Assembly (NCBI RefSeq): GCF_009914755.1
Contig: NC_060926.1
Strand: one strand, 5' to 3'
Length of the DNA: 64,000 nucleotides
From: the human T2T-CHM13v2.0 reference genome, Homo sapiens
The stretch's first letter is position 1, and every line of letters begins with the position of its first letter. Shown here one piece after another: positions 18,452 through 33,460 of this stretch. The notes below the pieces were generated by a model, which had not been told where the DNA came from, did not search any database, and saw only the letters and a program-made list of their open reading frames with translations. The position numbers were made by a program, and so were the translations under genes.

Positions 18452-18704
18452 CGAGCACGATGTGGAAAAATGAGAGAAGGGACACATTCAACCCTGGAGA
18501 GTTCAATGGCTGCTGAAGCTGCCTGCTTTTCACTGCTGCAAGGCCTTTCTGTGTGTGACGTGCATGGGAGCAACTTGTTTGTGGGTCATCGGGAATACTA
18601 GGGAGAAGGTTTCATTGCCCCCAGGGCACTTCACAGAGTGTGCTGGAGGACTGAGTAAGAAATGCTGCCCATGCCACCGCTTCCGGCTCCTGTGCTTTCC
18701 CTGA

Positions 18705-18796
18705 GCTGGGACCTTTAGTGGTGGCCGTTTAGCCACCATCTTTGCAAGTTGCTTTGCCCTGGTAGGGCAGTAACATTGGGTCCTGGGTCTTTCATG
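18705..18796 (+). repeat. 92-bp local duplication, copy 2 (3' UTR)
   Basis: See 16501-16592. Confidence 0.9.
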
Positions 18797-19098
18797 GGGT
18801 GATGCTGGGCTGGCTCCCTCTTGGTCTTCCCAGGCTGGGGCTGACCTTCCTCGCAGAGAGGCCAGGTGCAGGTTGGGAATGAGGCTTGCTGAGAGGGGCT
18901 GTCCAGTTCCCAGAAGCCATGTCAGTCTCTGAGGGCTTCCTTTGGGGCCGGGAACTTGCGGGTTTGAGGATAGGAGTTCACTTCATCTTCTTAGCTCCAA
19001 TTTCTACTCTTAAGTTTCTCAGCTCCCATTTCTACTCTCCCATGGCTTAATGCTTCTTTCATTTTCTGTTTGTTTTATACAAATGTCTTAGTTGTACA

Positions 19099-19104
19099 AA
19101 TAAA
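19099..19104 (+). terminator. proximal polyadenylation signal AATAAA
   Basis: gttgtacaAATAAAgt with an upstream U-rich tract and a TGTA motif. Confidence 0.75.
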
Positions 19105-19921
19105 GTCCCAGGTTAAAGATAACAAACGGGTCCTGTGACATAAACGTACGAAAGCCCATCTACAGCAAAGACATCAGTGCTCAGTGGAACAGAAACCAGA
19201 AGGAGAAAATTTGTACATCCTCCTTTTGCACCTGAGATCCTCATTTGCCCGACATTGTAGGTGTGGAGAGTCCTAGAGAGGCTAGGAAGCGCCCAGGGCA
19301 CCCAGAGCCAGGCTGCAGGTGCCTCAGGCCCCTCTCCCAGCCCACTCCCAAGCTGAACTAGCACGTGTTCATTTCTACCGCGGGTTGAACCGCAGGGATC
19401 CCTGGCTTCAAGTCAGGCACCAAACAGAAGGTAGGAGGCATGAGGGGTTCTGTCACATGTCTCTTCATTTTCTTATTGATTCTTAGCCTTGACAGTTGGA
19501 GAAGGAAAAAGCAAGGAGAAAGTGCTGAGCAGGAGTGGAGAGTGAAGAGCAGGACCTCGTGCCTGGGTTTGAAAAAGTGCCTGAGACCCATCTTAGCCGC
19601 CCCTACCTGAGCTTTAGCAGCCTAGGAGCTATTGCACCATAAAACACTGCAACCTGAGGCTGCATTAACAGAAGCACCACGTCCAGGTCCAGGGAGAATC
19701 CAGCCTCACCTGCTTCTCCTGGCCAGCTCAAGGAAGGACATTGACAAATCAGGTTATGTTCAGTTACCTGTGACAACCACAGAATGTAAGAAATGTTACA
19801 AAAAAAACAGGAAAGGAAAGACGACTCTGGGGAAGGGGCAGTGGGACCTTCTCCTGGCATCTGGGGTGCGGCCGCAGCAGAATGAGGTGTGGTGGGTGGA
19901 GTTAGAAAGGCATAGATGCAG

Positions 19922-20677
19922 TGTTACCGGAAGGAGGGCCTTGAGTGTAAGTTGTCCAGGTCCTTGGCATTTTGAACAAAGAACTGAACAAAACATACAA
20001 AGTAATAAAGGAATAAACGCAGCAAAAGGAAGAATTTATTGAAGTGAGAAAGCACTCCACATGGTAGGAGTGGACCCTAAGCAGATAGCCCATGGGCCCA
20101 ATTGCAAAGTTTTCTGGGTTTTAAGTACCCCTTTTGAGGTACCTGTCGGCTACCCCTTAATCTGGGTGAAGGATTTGGTCCATGGCTAATGAAAGGCTGA
20201 GGTGAATTGACGCCCTATGCGGATGAAGGGATGGCCCGTGCTTGGTCTGTGGTCAATCCAGGGCAGTCTCCCTTTCCATCTGAGATGCAGTGGAAGGGGG
20301 AGGGTTGTAGGGAGAGTAGCCTTTGATCCTTGGTTACTCAGTGTGGGGAGATGGGGTTTTTCCTTTTGGTGTACGTTAATTGGCCTTAGATGCCCTGCCC
20401 CCAGACCCAGGTGTTTTCCGTTTGCTCCAGCTTTGAGAAGTCAGCACAAATTGGCCTCAGATTCCCTGCCCCCAGACGTAGGTGTTTCTCCTTCATTCAG
20501 CACGAATTGGCCTTAGATGCCCTGCCCCCAGACCCAGGTGTTTTCCATTTGATCCAGCTTTGAGAAGTCAGCACAAATTGGCCTCAGATTCCCTGCCCCC
20601 AGACATAGATGTTTCTCCTTGATTCAGCACGAATTGGCCTTAGATTCCCTGGCCCCAGACCCTAGACTCCTGCCTCA
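19922..20677 (-). mobile_element. ERV1 solo LTR, MER51-like, with internal tandem repeats
   Basis: TG...CA termini; minus strand starts TGAGGCAGGAG; 4-bp TSD gcag/gcaa. Confidence 0.8.
20378..20660. repeat. 127-bp higher-order tandem repeat (71+56-bp subunits) inside the LTR
   Basis: aattggcc recurs at 20378, 20449, 20505, 20576 and 20632. Confidence 0.9.
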
Positions 20678-21920
20678 GCAAGAGTTGTTCAAAAGAAACA
20701 AAAGCTCTGCCCATCAGCTCTGAGGACAAGGGACAGGCTGCCTTCCAAGGCTGAGGGGAGGGGTGAAAGAATTGGGGTCAGCTGGACCAGACTCCTCTAG
20801 GGTTCGTGTTTCAGGTGGGCCCCTCACCCGGCCCATCACAAACAAATAAGAGATTAAGGCCTGCAGTGCACGTGGTCTGCCCTCCTTGAAGGCTCACACC
20901 CAGTGCACAGCGGAAGTAAGAACAGGCCACAAGGCCCCTTGTCCCACTGCAGGCTTTGAAATTTGACCATCTCCCTGCTGCTGTCTTTGCAATTGCATGT
21001 ACTTGTTCACAAGTTCTCATGGGGTTGGGCTGGGGGCAGGGGTGGTTTGTGCTCCTCCGTCAGTTTTCTGTGCAGCAGGCACCTGCCGAGGCGGGCTCAG
21101 CTCCGGCCACCCAGGGAGCTGGAGCAGGCTGGGCTGCCAATGGTGGGGGCTGCGGTGAGAAGGTCTGCACCCAGCACCTGACCTTTGTTTGAAGAAGGAA
21201 CTGAGCTGCTACTACACTCTATAGGGCCATTATGATGAAATATGCCCCCCAAACTCCATCCAGCTATCTTTTGACTAGCAGTTCCACTTGTTGGCATTTA
21301 TCTGAAAGAAATACATCAAAAAGTGGCATGCACAAAGAAATACGCATCAGATTGTTCCTTCTAGTGCTGCTTACTAGCTAAAAATGGGAAATAATCCAAA
21401 TGTCCATCAAAAGGGACTGGTCAGATAAATTCAGACACAGTCTAATAAGGGGGTTTAGGCGGCTGCTAAGGAATGAGCTAGATCCATATATGCTGATATC
21501 AAATGATGGTCATGACAAATGCATATATTTTTAAAACATCTGTATAGATTATTCTTAATACAATATATGGCGCAATACGTAGTCACTGTTAAAATTCAAG
21601 CACAGAAGAAAACAAGCAAAACAAATATATGTTGTTAGAAGTTAGGATACAGTTACCCTTGGTCCAGTGATGGTCATTAGGAGGGAGCATGAGGTTTGAA
21701 GGTGAGCGTTTCTGCTTCTCAATCTGGGAATCACTTATATGAGTGTGTTTCATTAGTAAAAGTCATCAAGCTGTACACTCAGATATGTTGACTTTAGAGC
21801 TATGGATATAGATGTAAATTATACTTCAAGAAAGAGACTTTTTAAAATCCAAGTACAGAACATTGTAGAACCGTGTAAAATTGGTATTTGGAAGTTTCTT
21901 CAGCAAGCACATGGGATTAC

Positions 21921-22207
<287 letters not shown>

Positions 22208-22351
22208 CTAAAAAAAGTTTCTTGTTTTTTTTTCTTCCCATATTTTTTAAAACATAAAATTGAAATCTCGAGAATATAATACATAAAATAGAGAATATAG
22301 AAAATTAAATCTTCTAATATTGTTCTGCAGATTTGATCTTTTTTCTCTAAT

Positions 22352-22357
22352 AATAAA
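22352..22357 (+). terminator. candidate distal polyadenylation signal (about 4 kb UTR)
   Basis: AATAAA followed about 20 nt later by GU/U-rich tttgtttgtatatgt. Confidence 0.4.
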
Positions 22358-23544
22358 TCAAGGCCTCCGGGTATATTTGTTTGTATATGTACAGGAAAAG
22401 GTCTGTAAGGATTTACTTTCAGCTGTTAATTGCAGTGACTCTGGGGAATTTCCACTTCTGCTTTGTACAGTTCCTTGTGTGAATTTTTACATCATGTATT
22501 ACTTTTGTAGTTGGGGAAAAAGCAATTAAAAGTTTGGAAAAAAAGAACCTGTAGCCATTGTTATAATAAGAAGTTGGAATCAATAAAAATATCCACAAAC
22601 GAAAGATTTATTCATAAATTAAAAAAATCTGAACCATGGAAATCACGGTGAGGCAGGTCCGAGGTGGCCAGACAGCACAGCCTGGGTCTTCACCAGCTGT
22701 AGACTTTGGGCGAGCTACATTTGCAATTGCATTTACTTGTCTGGAAGTTCACATGGGGCTGGGCTCGTGGCAGGGGTGGTCTGCACTCCAGCAACCTTAG
22801 GTGAGCCTGGGTTCTCTGCTCTGAAGGAGAACATCTATAGTACTCCCTTTTCTGTGTTTTTCTGTGGACCTTAATGGGTCTGGGAGCAGCACTGGTGTTC
22901 TCCCCTCCCCCCGCCCCCTTCCTTTCAGTGGGAAGTAGCCTGCAGGTGTGGAGCCCACCCCGGCCTGTTCAAAAGAAGAAGGGGGGTCCTACACCACCCC
23001 CTCCCTTTCATCCTTACTCATCCTCACCCCCGCCCCGCAGCTTGTGTCTCTACCTGTAGGAAGTGGGCAACTTGTTTTCAGAAAGTGATCCCCGACCCCG
23101 CGTGGGCTGCAAAGCTGATCCGAATCTACCACCCAGTCAAAGGGAAAGACAGAAAGAGCCCTGTCTTCAGAGGCCTTCCAAAAGATATTTCCTCTGTCGC
23201 TTCTTGGGAAACCTCCTTCGATGCGTCACTGACACTCCCGGGGAACCGTGAGTCACTGGTTCCTGGAGTCCTCCCAGTTACATAACTCAAACAGAAGGAA
23301 ACCATATTCCTCAGCCCTGCGTCGGTTTGAGATTCACAGAAATATGCACGACACGTGTGATTCCTGTAAAGCTGAAAGCAGAGGCGCTGAAAAAGACACT
23401 TACATCCTCCACAGTACTGTTGGCTCTCCTGGATCCTGCTTTTCCCATTAGTTTACTGCCTTTCACAAGCGAGTACCCTTTTAAGAGCTTTGCTTAGACT
23501 TCTAAATTTGAAAGGAAACCATGTCCATTCTTCTACGTAATTTT

Positions 23545-23836
23545 GTTGTTGTTTGAGACAGGGTGTTGCTCTGTCACCCAGGGTGGAGTGCAGTGGCGCA
23601 CTTATGGCTCACTGCAAGCTCTGTCTCCCCGGCTCAAGCGATCCTTGCACCTCAGCCTCCTGAGTTTCTGGGACTATGGGCATGCACTACCACACCTGGC
23701 TAATTTTTTATATTTCTGGTAGAGATGGGGTTTCCCCATGTCACCCAGGCTGGTCTTGAACTCCTGGGCTCAAGCAATCCATCCGCCTCGGCCTCCCAAA
23801 GTGCTGGGATTACAGGAATGAGCCACAGCACATGGC
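23545..23836 (-). mobile_element. AluJ-like
   Basis: Antisense Alu. Confidence 0.9.
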
Positions 23837-23934
23837 CTTTTCATGCATTTTTAATTGTAGACCATTTCCACTCCTGTCCCTATTTATGACTGAACTAATA
23901 CCCACAACTCTGCACTCAATTCTCCTCTTCCTTG

Positions 23935-24242
<308 letters not shown>

Positions 24243-25649
24243 TAGGGAAACTTCTGTGTGCCCAGCCAGCCCTGTGCTGGGACTAGGGGTGCGGCATGGC
24301 CAGGATAGACATAGTTGGGCCCCCAGGGCTCGCAGTCTTGCTTACAGCCTCTAGGCCTCAGTTCCCTCCCTAGTAGCCCAGGGCCGAGGCCTGTAGGGGT
24401 CCTCTGGCTCTTTCCTGCCACCTGTACAAATCACTCCTAAGCCTGAGGCCAGAATTGAAATGAATGAATGAACAAAGCAAAAGGCTCAGATAGAAAGTCC
24501 TTAGGCCCCCACAAGCTGAGAGCACAGCCCTCCCTCTCCACTGCCCCTCCCAGCACCTCCCCTGCTGGCTCCCCCACCCATCCGCCCACCCACCTTTCTG
24601 TGCTCCTCAAGGCTGTGAGGACCACTCGGGATGTTTACTCTGCCAAGTACAATGGACAATCCCCTTAGAGAACCAAGTTCAACAACTCAGATCTCAATCA
24701 GGCATGTGTTTCAGACACTAAAGATTTGGCTCAGAAGATGTCCCTAACCCCACGGGCTTTCATTCTCATGACCAGGGGGACACAGGCTCAAGGCTGGCAC
24801 TTGCGTGGCTCCAAGAGTGAGTGGCCTCAGTGCCTCACTGGCTGCAGCCTCGTGCCAGCCCCGGACAGACCAGAGAAAGACCCGGGTGATGCCAACACAA
24901 GCAGAGGGCATGGATTGCCTTCTCAAAAAAGTTATGTTTGGCTGGGAGTGTTGTTCACAGCCTCTTACAGATTTTGTGGAGGTCTCTGCGGTTGGGTGAG
25001 GGCAAAGTTACGAGGGGAAGATGTGAGGTGGTGTTGGTGGAGGGGTGGAGGCTCCTCTTCCCCACACACCCCTCCCCAGCACCCCTTCAGCATCCTGCAA
25101 GCCTGAAGCTGCCTGCTGGGCTAGGCCTGCTGTCTGGGCAAGACCAGACCAGGCAAAAGGGAGGCCATGACTCCCACCCCTCCACCCTTACCTCAGCCTC
25201 AGCCAAGTTTGGGGGACATGGGGAGGGGAGAGCAACAGTAAACGTGATCAGCACAAAAGGTGGGCCTACCTTCGGATCACGAAGGCTCTAGCTGGGCCAG
25301 GGCAGAAGATGGAGTTTGGGTTGTCCCCGCCTCTATCTGAGTACCTACCCTGCATCCACACTGATGCTTCTGGTTTGGAAACAGGGAGGGAGGGTGGCTT
25401 CCACAAGACAAGCAGGCTTTGGTTGAAGTCCTTTTGTGGGCTCTGCTCAAAGCCCAGCTCCCTAGAAACTCAGAAAGCCATGTTGGGTGGTCTATCTTGT
25501 GGTGTAGGGGATGAAGGAGGAGAGAAGAAAGGCTCACAGTGGCTCAGACCAGAGCCAGTGCTCACTCTGGCAGTTCCATCTTCCTCCATCAGAAAGTCCG
25601 CCAGCCCCACCCAGCACAGAAAGGAGCTTATCAGTGGGAGAGGGAGTAA

Positions 25650-26047
<398 letters not shown>

Positions 26048-26499
26048 TGGAACGTCTGTCTTATAAATTTTTCCTAGTCATTGTGACATACAGGGCTGTT
26101 CAATGGACAGCTATCCCACGTTTGAGCCTGGTCAGACGCTCCTGATGGTAACTCCAAACCTCCCCACCCTCTCCCCCGCACTGCTTTTAATATCCAAGCT
26201 CAGTTAAGACTTTCGTGTGTGTGTGTGTGTGTGTAAGAGAAGAAAGCTGATTCACACGTTCTCATTTCTTCTGCCATGACCTCTACACCAAAATCTTTTT
26301 CATAGCATTCTTTATGACTCTGGCATGGTTAAGCATCCATTTTCCAGAAAAATAATAATCTGTCATTTGCATACAAATGTCACTGAGTGAGTAAAAATGT
26401 AAAACAGTGATGCTGCTCACTGCTGGAAAGCTTGTGGCCAAGGGCACACAGGTGTTGCTGATGCTGGAATAAGCGAGCGCTACAGCTTTGTGGAAAACA

Positions 26500-26625
26500 G
26501 TCTGCCTCTCCCAGTCCACTGACTCAGATGTTAATCTCCTTTCGCAACACTCTTACAGACACACCCAGGAAAAGTACTTTGCATCCTTCAATCCAATGAA
26601 GTTGACAGTTAATATTAACCATCAC
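26500..26625 (-). mobile_element. MLT2 (ERVL LTR) fragment
   Basis: cagtccactgactcagatgttaatctc...aagttgacagttaatattaaccatcaca. Confidence 0.7.
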
Positions 26626-26795
26626 AGCACCTCTGCTTTCTCCCACCACAACCCAAGATGGGACAGATGAGCATTACTTTTCTGGGATGGAGGCTGTCCT
26701 TGTGTAGCTGGGTTTGTGACTGCCCAGCTAACACTGGACAGATATTAGGTGTAGCCTATTTCCTGGTACCCACTCTTGAGGAGCTTATTGCTCTT

Positions 26796-27160
26796 TGTCA
26801 TAGACTGCCCTGTTTGTGCTCCCCACAGCATTCATGTTGAAACCTTAGCCCCCATGTGATGGTGTTTGGAGGTGGGGTCTTTGAGAGGTAGTTAGGTTTT
26901 GATGAGGTCAGCAGGGTAGAGGCCCCATGATGGGATTAGTGCCCTTAGAGGAAGAGGAAGAGACCAGGTTCTTTCTGCTCTAAGCCATGTGAGTATACGG
27001 AGAGAAGGTGCCATCTATGAAGTAGAAAGTGGCCCCATTAGACAACAACTGTGCCAGCACTTTGATCGTGGCCTTCCCAGCCTCAAGAACTGTGAGAAAT
27101 AAATGTTAAGCCCTCCAGCCTATGGTATTTTTGTTATAGTGACCCAAACAGACTAAGACT
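26796..27160 (+). mobile_element. MLT1A-like MaLR LTR
   Basis: ttcatgttgaaacc...gtgatggtgtttggaggtgggg...ctatggtattt...gactaagac. Confidence 0.75.
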
Positions 27161-27233
27161 TCTCTCAGGAATCTTTCTACACCCCCATGTCTGGAGGGAA
27201 GGTCAACAGGATCAACAGGATCAAGAAATCTGA

Positions 27234-27591
<358 letters not shown>

Positions 27592-28329
27592 TGGACTCCT
27601 TTTTTGAAGGTTTGAGCATGTGAGTGATGGGAGCCCCTTCTGCCCCACCCCACCGCCAGCATCTCACTTCTGTCTGTGCATTCCTTTCCCAGCAGCACCA
27701 GGGGGACATCCACAGTAGCTTTGCTGAGTTCACCAACCAAAGGTACTTACAAATCCTGAAGCGAAGGAGCACCTTTCCTTCACCCTGAGGGTGAGTAGGA
27801 AGGCTCACGTGGCCTCTGGGTTTCAGAGGACATGACATACCCAGGCCTAAGCTGACCTGATACCTTCTTTCCCGATGTACCCCTGGTTTGTGAAAATATT
27901 GAGTCCCAATTTGATAACACCAATGGCCGGTTTTATAGCAGTATGTGTCCTGGTCAGGGTTCTTTCTGTAGTATTTATCCCTCAAGCACTTATTGTGAGT
28001 GATGCTGTCAAATAAATAGAAAGATGAGAAGTATAAATATTGTCTTCCGGAGTGGCTGTGTATGGCAATGGTGTTTCTCTGACACCATTATCGCCCTGCC
28101 TGTTAGCACTTACTTGTGAAATCCAGAGCTCTTTCGTAAGCCTTTGCTTTGTTTGGGGTTTGGGGCACTTATTTTTTGGAGTATTTGTATACCACAGCCA
28201 TAAGTTATACCACACATATAACTTGTGTGCATATTTTAAATAACATGAAATTTAAAAAATGGTTGACTGGAACCTAAACATTTCAATTCTAAATGATCTT
28301 TCATTACCAGGCTTTTTCAAAATTTATTA

Positions 28330-28592
28330 TTCAGAATTTATTAATATGCATTATTCATATTTTTATTATAATATATGAAATAGTATATATTGATATATTA
28401 TATATAACATGTACTTATATAATATATAATATATATTTCATATATGAAGATTAATACATGATATATTTTATATATTTCATATATGAAAATTAATATTCAT
28501 GAAATAAATATTTCATTATATTATCGATTCCATTAATAATATTTATTAATTTTAATATTCATTTATTACTCAAATTTTATTATTATTTAATT
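28330..28592. repeat. AT-rich low-complexity tract
   Basis: Degenerate (TA/ATT)n. Confidence 0.85.
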
Positions 28593-29127
28593 TCCTAGCT
28601 TCCTTCCATATTTTTTGGCACATTCCTTTGCTCCTCTCACCCCCAGCTTGCTTCACTGATCCTGGGCTCCTGCTTTTTCTGGAGAATAGTCTTGTTTTTC
28701 CACATTTTATCCCTTTGGTCATGCCGACTCCCCCAGCCTAGGCATTTTTGACATCCTCTCTATTCGGGACCCCATTTCAAGTTACAGACTAAAGGCTTTA
28801 GATTTTCCCCATACCCCGAACTATCTTTGATTTCTCGCTTCTTTCTGCTTAGGCCCTGCTGACATTTTTGTTTCTTTAACAGTATACCGGCCACGCCACT
28901 TCCATGCTAAGACGTCTCCGCTGACTCTCGGTTGCCTGTGGCATCTCACTGTCTCAGGTCACCAGACGGGAAATTAACACCAACATGAAAATCCAAGTCT
29001 TAATTGCGCAACATTGAGCCCCCAACTCCCCACAGAGAGCCCCGTCAGCCTCCCTTCCCCAGTTCTCTGGGGTTGCCCAGGGGAGGTTCACAGGTAGCCA
29101 GGCACTCAAAAATGTCCCTTCCTATAG

Positions 29128-29475
<348 letters not shown>

Positions 29476-30084
29476 TGTTTATAGCTCTTTTAAGGAGCTT
29501 GCAACACTGTAACAATACTGAGGCTTCTGAATTCCTGGGCCATAGGGATGAGATTTTCTTCATCCTGCTATTTCATACCCAGCCTAGCATGGTGTCTTGT
29601 ATGCAGTGGGTAGGTAGTAAACATTTATTTGAGCTTTGAGATGGTAGGAGGGTTCCTTGACTTGGGCTTCTTTAGAAAATGAAAATAATATTTTCTACTC
29701 TTTCAGAGGAAAGAAAAGAGGATTAATTACGGCAGCTTTGATAGGAGGACATTATTTAGGAGTTACAAAGCAATCAGTCAGTTGAGAATTGCACAGTAGG
29801 TAGGGCATAAGATGTAAAGACATAGCTGAAAATACTGAAAGAGAAGGAGCAATAGCTCAGCAATATTAATCCTCATTTAGGAGTCCAGTTTTTCATTAGA
29901 TGAAAAAGTGATAGGTTCTGAGCCCTGGAAGATGAACTTTCTTTACTTAATCAACTCATATTGGTTTCAGAATGTTGATTTGTTAGAGGAATACCGAGTA
30001 GTATAAATTATAATACCAACTATTCTCTGTAAGGCAAACCAATATTATTTTCTAGAAAAAATGAGAAGTTAAAATTAATTAATT

Positions 30085-30552
30085 CATCTCTCCCTGTCCT
30101 CATCCATCTATCCATCCATTCATCCATGTATCCATTCACCATCCATTCATTCCTTCATTCACTGCTCCATCTATCTTTTCTCCCTGTCTCCTTTTCTCTC
30201 TACTTATCCCTCCGTCTATCATCCACCCATTCCTTCATATCTCCATTGCTCTATCCATTTTCCTTCCTACATTTTCTCTCTCTCACTATCCATCCTTCCA
30301 TCTTTTTATCCATTTATCCCTCCACTCATTGCTCCGTCCTCCCTTCAGCCCTCCAACCATCCCCTAAACTCCTCCATCCCTCCATCCCTCCACTCATTGA
30401 TCCATCATTCATCCATCAATTCCTCCATCCATCTATCCCTCCATTCATTGCTCCATCCTCCCTTCATCCTTTCAACCATTCCATCAATCCCTCCATCCAT
30501 TCATTCCTCCATTCACTGCTCCATCATCCATCCATCCATCCATCCATCCATC
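30085..30552. repeat. degenerate (TCCA/CCAT)n simple repeat
   Basis: Pyrimidine-rich tetranucleotide-derived tract. Confidence 0.9.
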
Positions 30553-31143
30553 TTCTATAGGCCTCATCAAGATGTTTACAAATTAGATGATATTTTTAAT
30601 AGTACACTTACAACAATAAGATTACTAAGGCTTTAGTCCTTGTGACCTGATTGCTGGACTCCTCCTCAAAGGTTATCCCAGGCATTTCTGAATAGCCTCC
30701 AGCATGGTGCTCAGATTTATTCATCTCTCTGGCCACCTTGGGGGATAGTGGGTGATCACTGTGTGATGACTGCCTGGCTGTCTGTGCCTGCTGACCACTA
30801 CTGCTTCAGTGAAACTGTCTCCAGGGAAGAAACACATCCTTTGACTTCTGAGTCTCAAACATTGGCCAGTTATTTTCTTAATTCCTCATAACATCACTGA
30901 ACCAGGCCCTGTATTGAGGGTTCGGGGTAATATAAGGGAAGCGCCTTACAGAGAATAACTTTCCAGTGAATGTGGCCTGATGGAGAGCGTTCCTGACTAG
31001 TGTTCAGCCCTGATGCCTAAGGCAGAGTGAGCCCAACAACCCTGTGACGAAGACCATGCTCTGAACATACACCCCAACGCTGAGACCCAAACACATGCAG
31101 GCCCAGAGAGCAGAAGTGCTTCCCCGTCCACCTTCGTGTAACA

Positions 31144-31366
31144 CAGTGGTGTCCAATCTTTTGGCTTCCCTGGGCTACACTGGAAGAAGAACTGTCTTGG
31201 GCCACACATAAAATACACTAATACTAACAATAGCAGATGTGCTAAAAAAGAAAAAAATTGCAAAATAAACTCAATGTTTTAAGGAAGTTTACAAATTTGT
31301 GTTGGGCCACATTCAAAGCCCTCCCAGGCCACATGGAGCCTGTGGGCCACAGGTTGGACAAGCTTG
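31144..31366. mobile_element. MER30 hAT-Charlie MITE
   Basis: cag..gtgtccaatcttttggcttccctggg...ggttggacaagcttg terminal inverted repeats. Confidence 0.85.
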
Positions 31367-31965
31367 GTCTAAGACATATTTTGTGTACCATTCTGTTCCG
31401 CTTGATAGCAGGCTTATCAGCAAGTTAGCCAGCGGGGACATCCATCACCTCAGGAAAGCCCTACCTACACCCGCTGGGATGTGGTTTCATCCTATGGCCC
31501 TAGTTAGACAACTGAATCACCCCAGGACAGTGTAGACCAACTTCAGTGTGGGCTTAGAACATTTTACCTCCAAACACTCTCTCTCACGACACAGTGTATC
31601 CTTGTCTAAATTATAGTTCATTCTTCATTTTATAGTTCTATATTGGTTTATAAACATTTATATACTCAATGATTATTGAAAGGTTTCTGAGACCCAATAA
31701 ATAAAATCTGTTTTCCTTAGCCATTTGAAAACATGAGGAAACAAAGGAATCCGCTGATGGAGACTGAAAAATGACAGAAGGTGCTGTGAACCACAGATTC
31801 CTCATTGCCTGCCTGCCCCACAGTCCTAAGGCCATCTCAGGCTTCCCTACCTGGGGCCTTTCCAGAATCATTGAGGCTCGGGGACCAGAGACACTGGGGG
31901 TAGGTGGTTCTCAGAAGGCCAAGGGGGATTAGGTTGCACATGGCCTGGCTGTCTTTCAAGCCTCC

Positions 31966-33014
<1,049 letters not shown>

Positions 33015-33292
33015 CTCCAATCAGATAAATCCCACAAGAGAAGTGACTGAGAACGTGGAGGGAGGCCTGGTGCTTTACCCATGTGGCTAGAGTGAGCAGC
33101 ACCCTGGTTTGTCTAGGAAAGAGGTGGTTTCCAGGAGGCAGCACTTTCAGTTCTGAAACTTGGGCAGTCCCAGGCGAATCCGGAGAGTTTGGTCACCCAG
33201 GTTATGGAAAGCCCTCCCCATGATGGGAATGATCAGAAATGGGGAAAGATAACTCTAGTCCTAGTTTTCCCTATATTTTAATTCTCTGACAC

Positions 33293-33460
33293 TGTAGTTC
33301 TCAAACTTCAGCTGCATCGGCGTCCCCTGGGGCTCCTGTGAAAACACTGGTGTCTGGGCCAACCATGGAGTGTCTGGGTGGGGCCTGGGGGTCTGCACTT
33401 CTAACAGTTTCCCAGGGACAGTGCAGTTGCTGGCCTGGAGCATGCTCGGCTGAGGACCGC
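33293..33460. mobile_element. MER5A-like MITE
   Basis: gttctcaaacttcagctgcat...tctgcacttctaacagtttcccagg. Confidence 0.65.

Larger units (their letters stand above)
18402..19125 (+). other. CD8B2: 3' UTR, proximal form
   Basis: Runs from the M-1 stop to AATAAA at 19099; exact cleavage site is inferred. Confidence 0.7.

Noticed and set aside
20378-20660. Regularly spaced repeats resembling a CRISPR array
   Set aside because: The 'spacers' are themselves repeated, the array lies inside a primate LTR, and there are no cas genes. It is a tandem repeat.
30126-30636. His/Pro/Ser/Ile-rich ORFs
   Set aside because: Translation of a (TCCA)n simple repeat.
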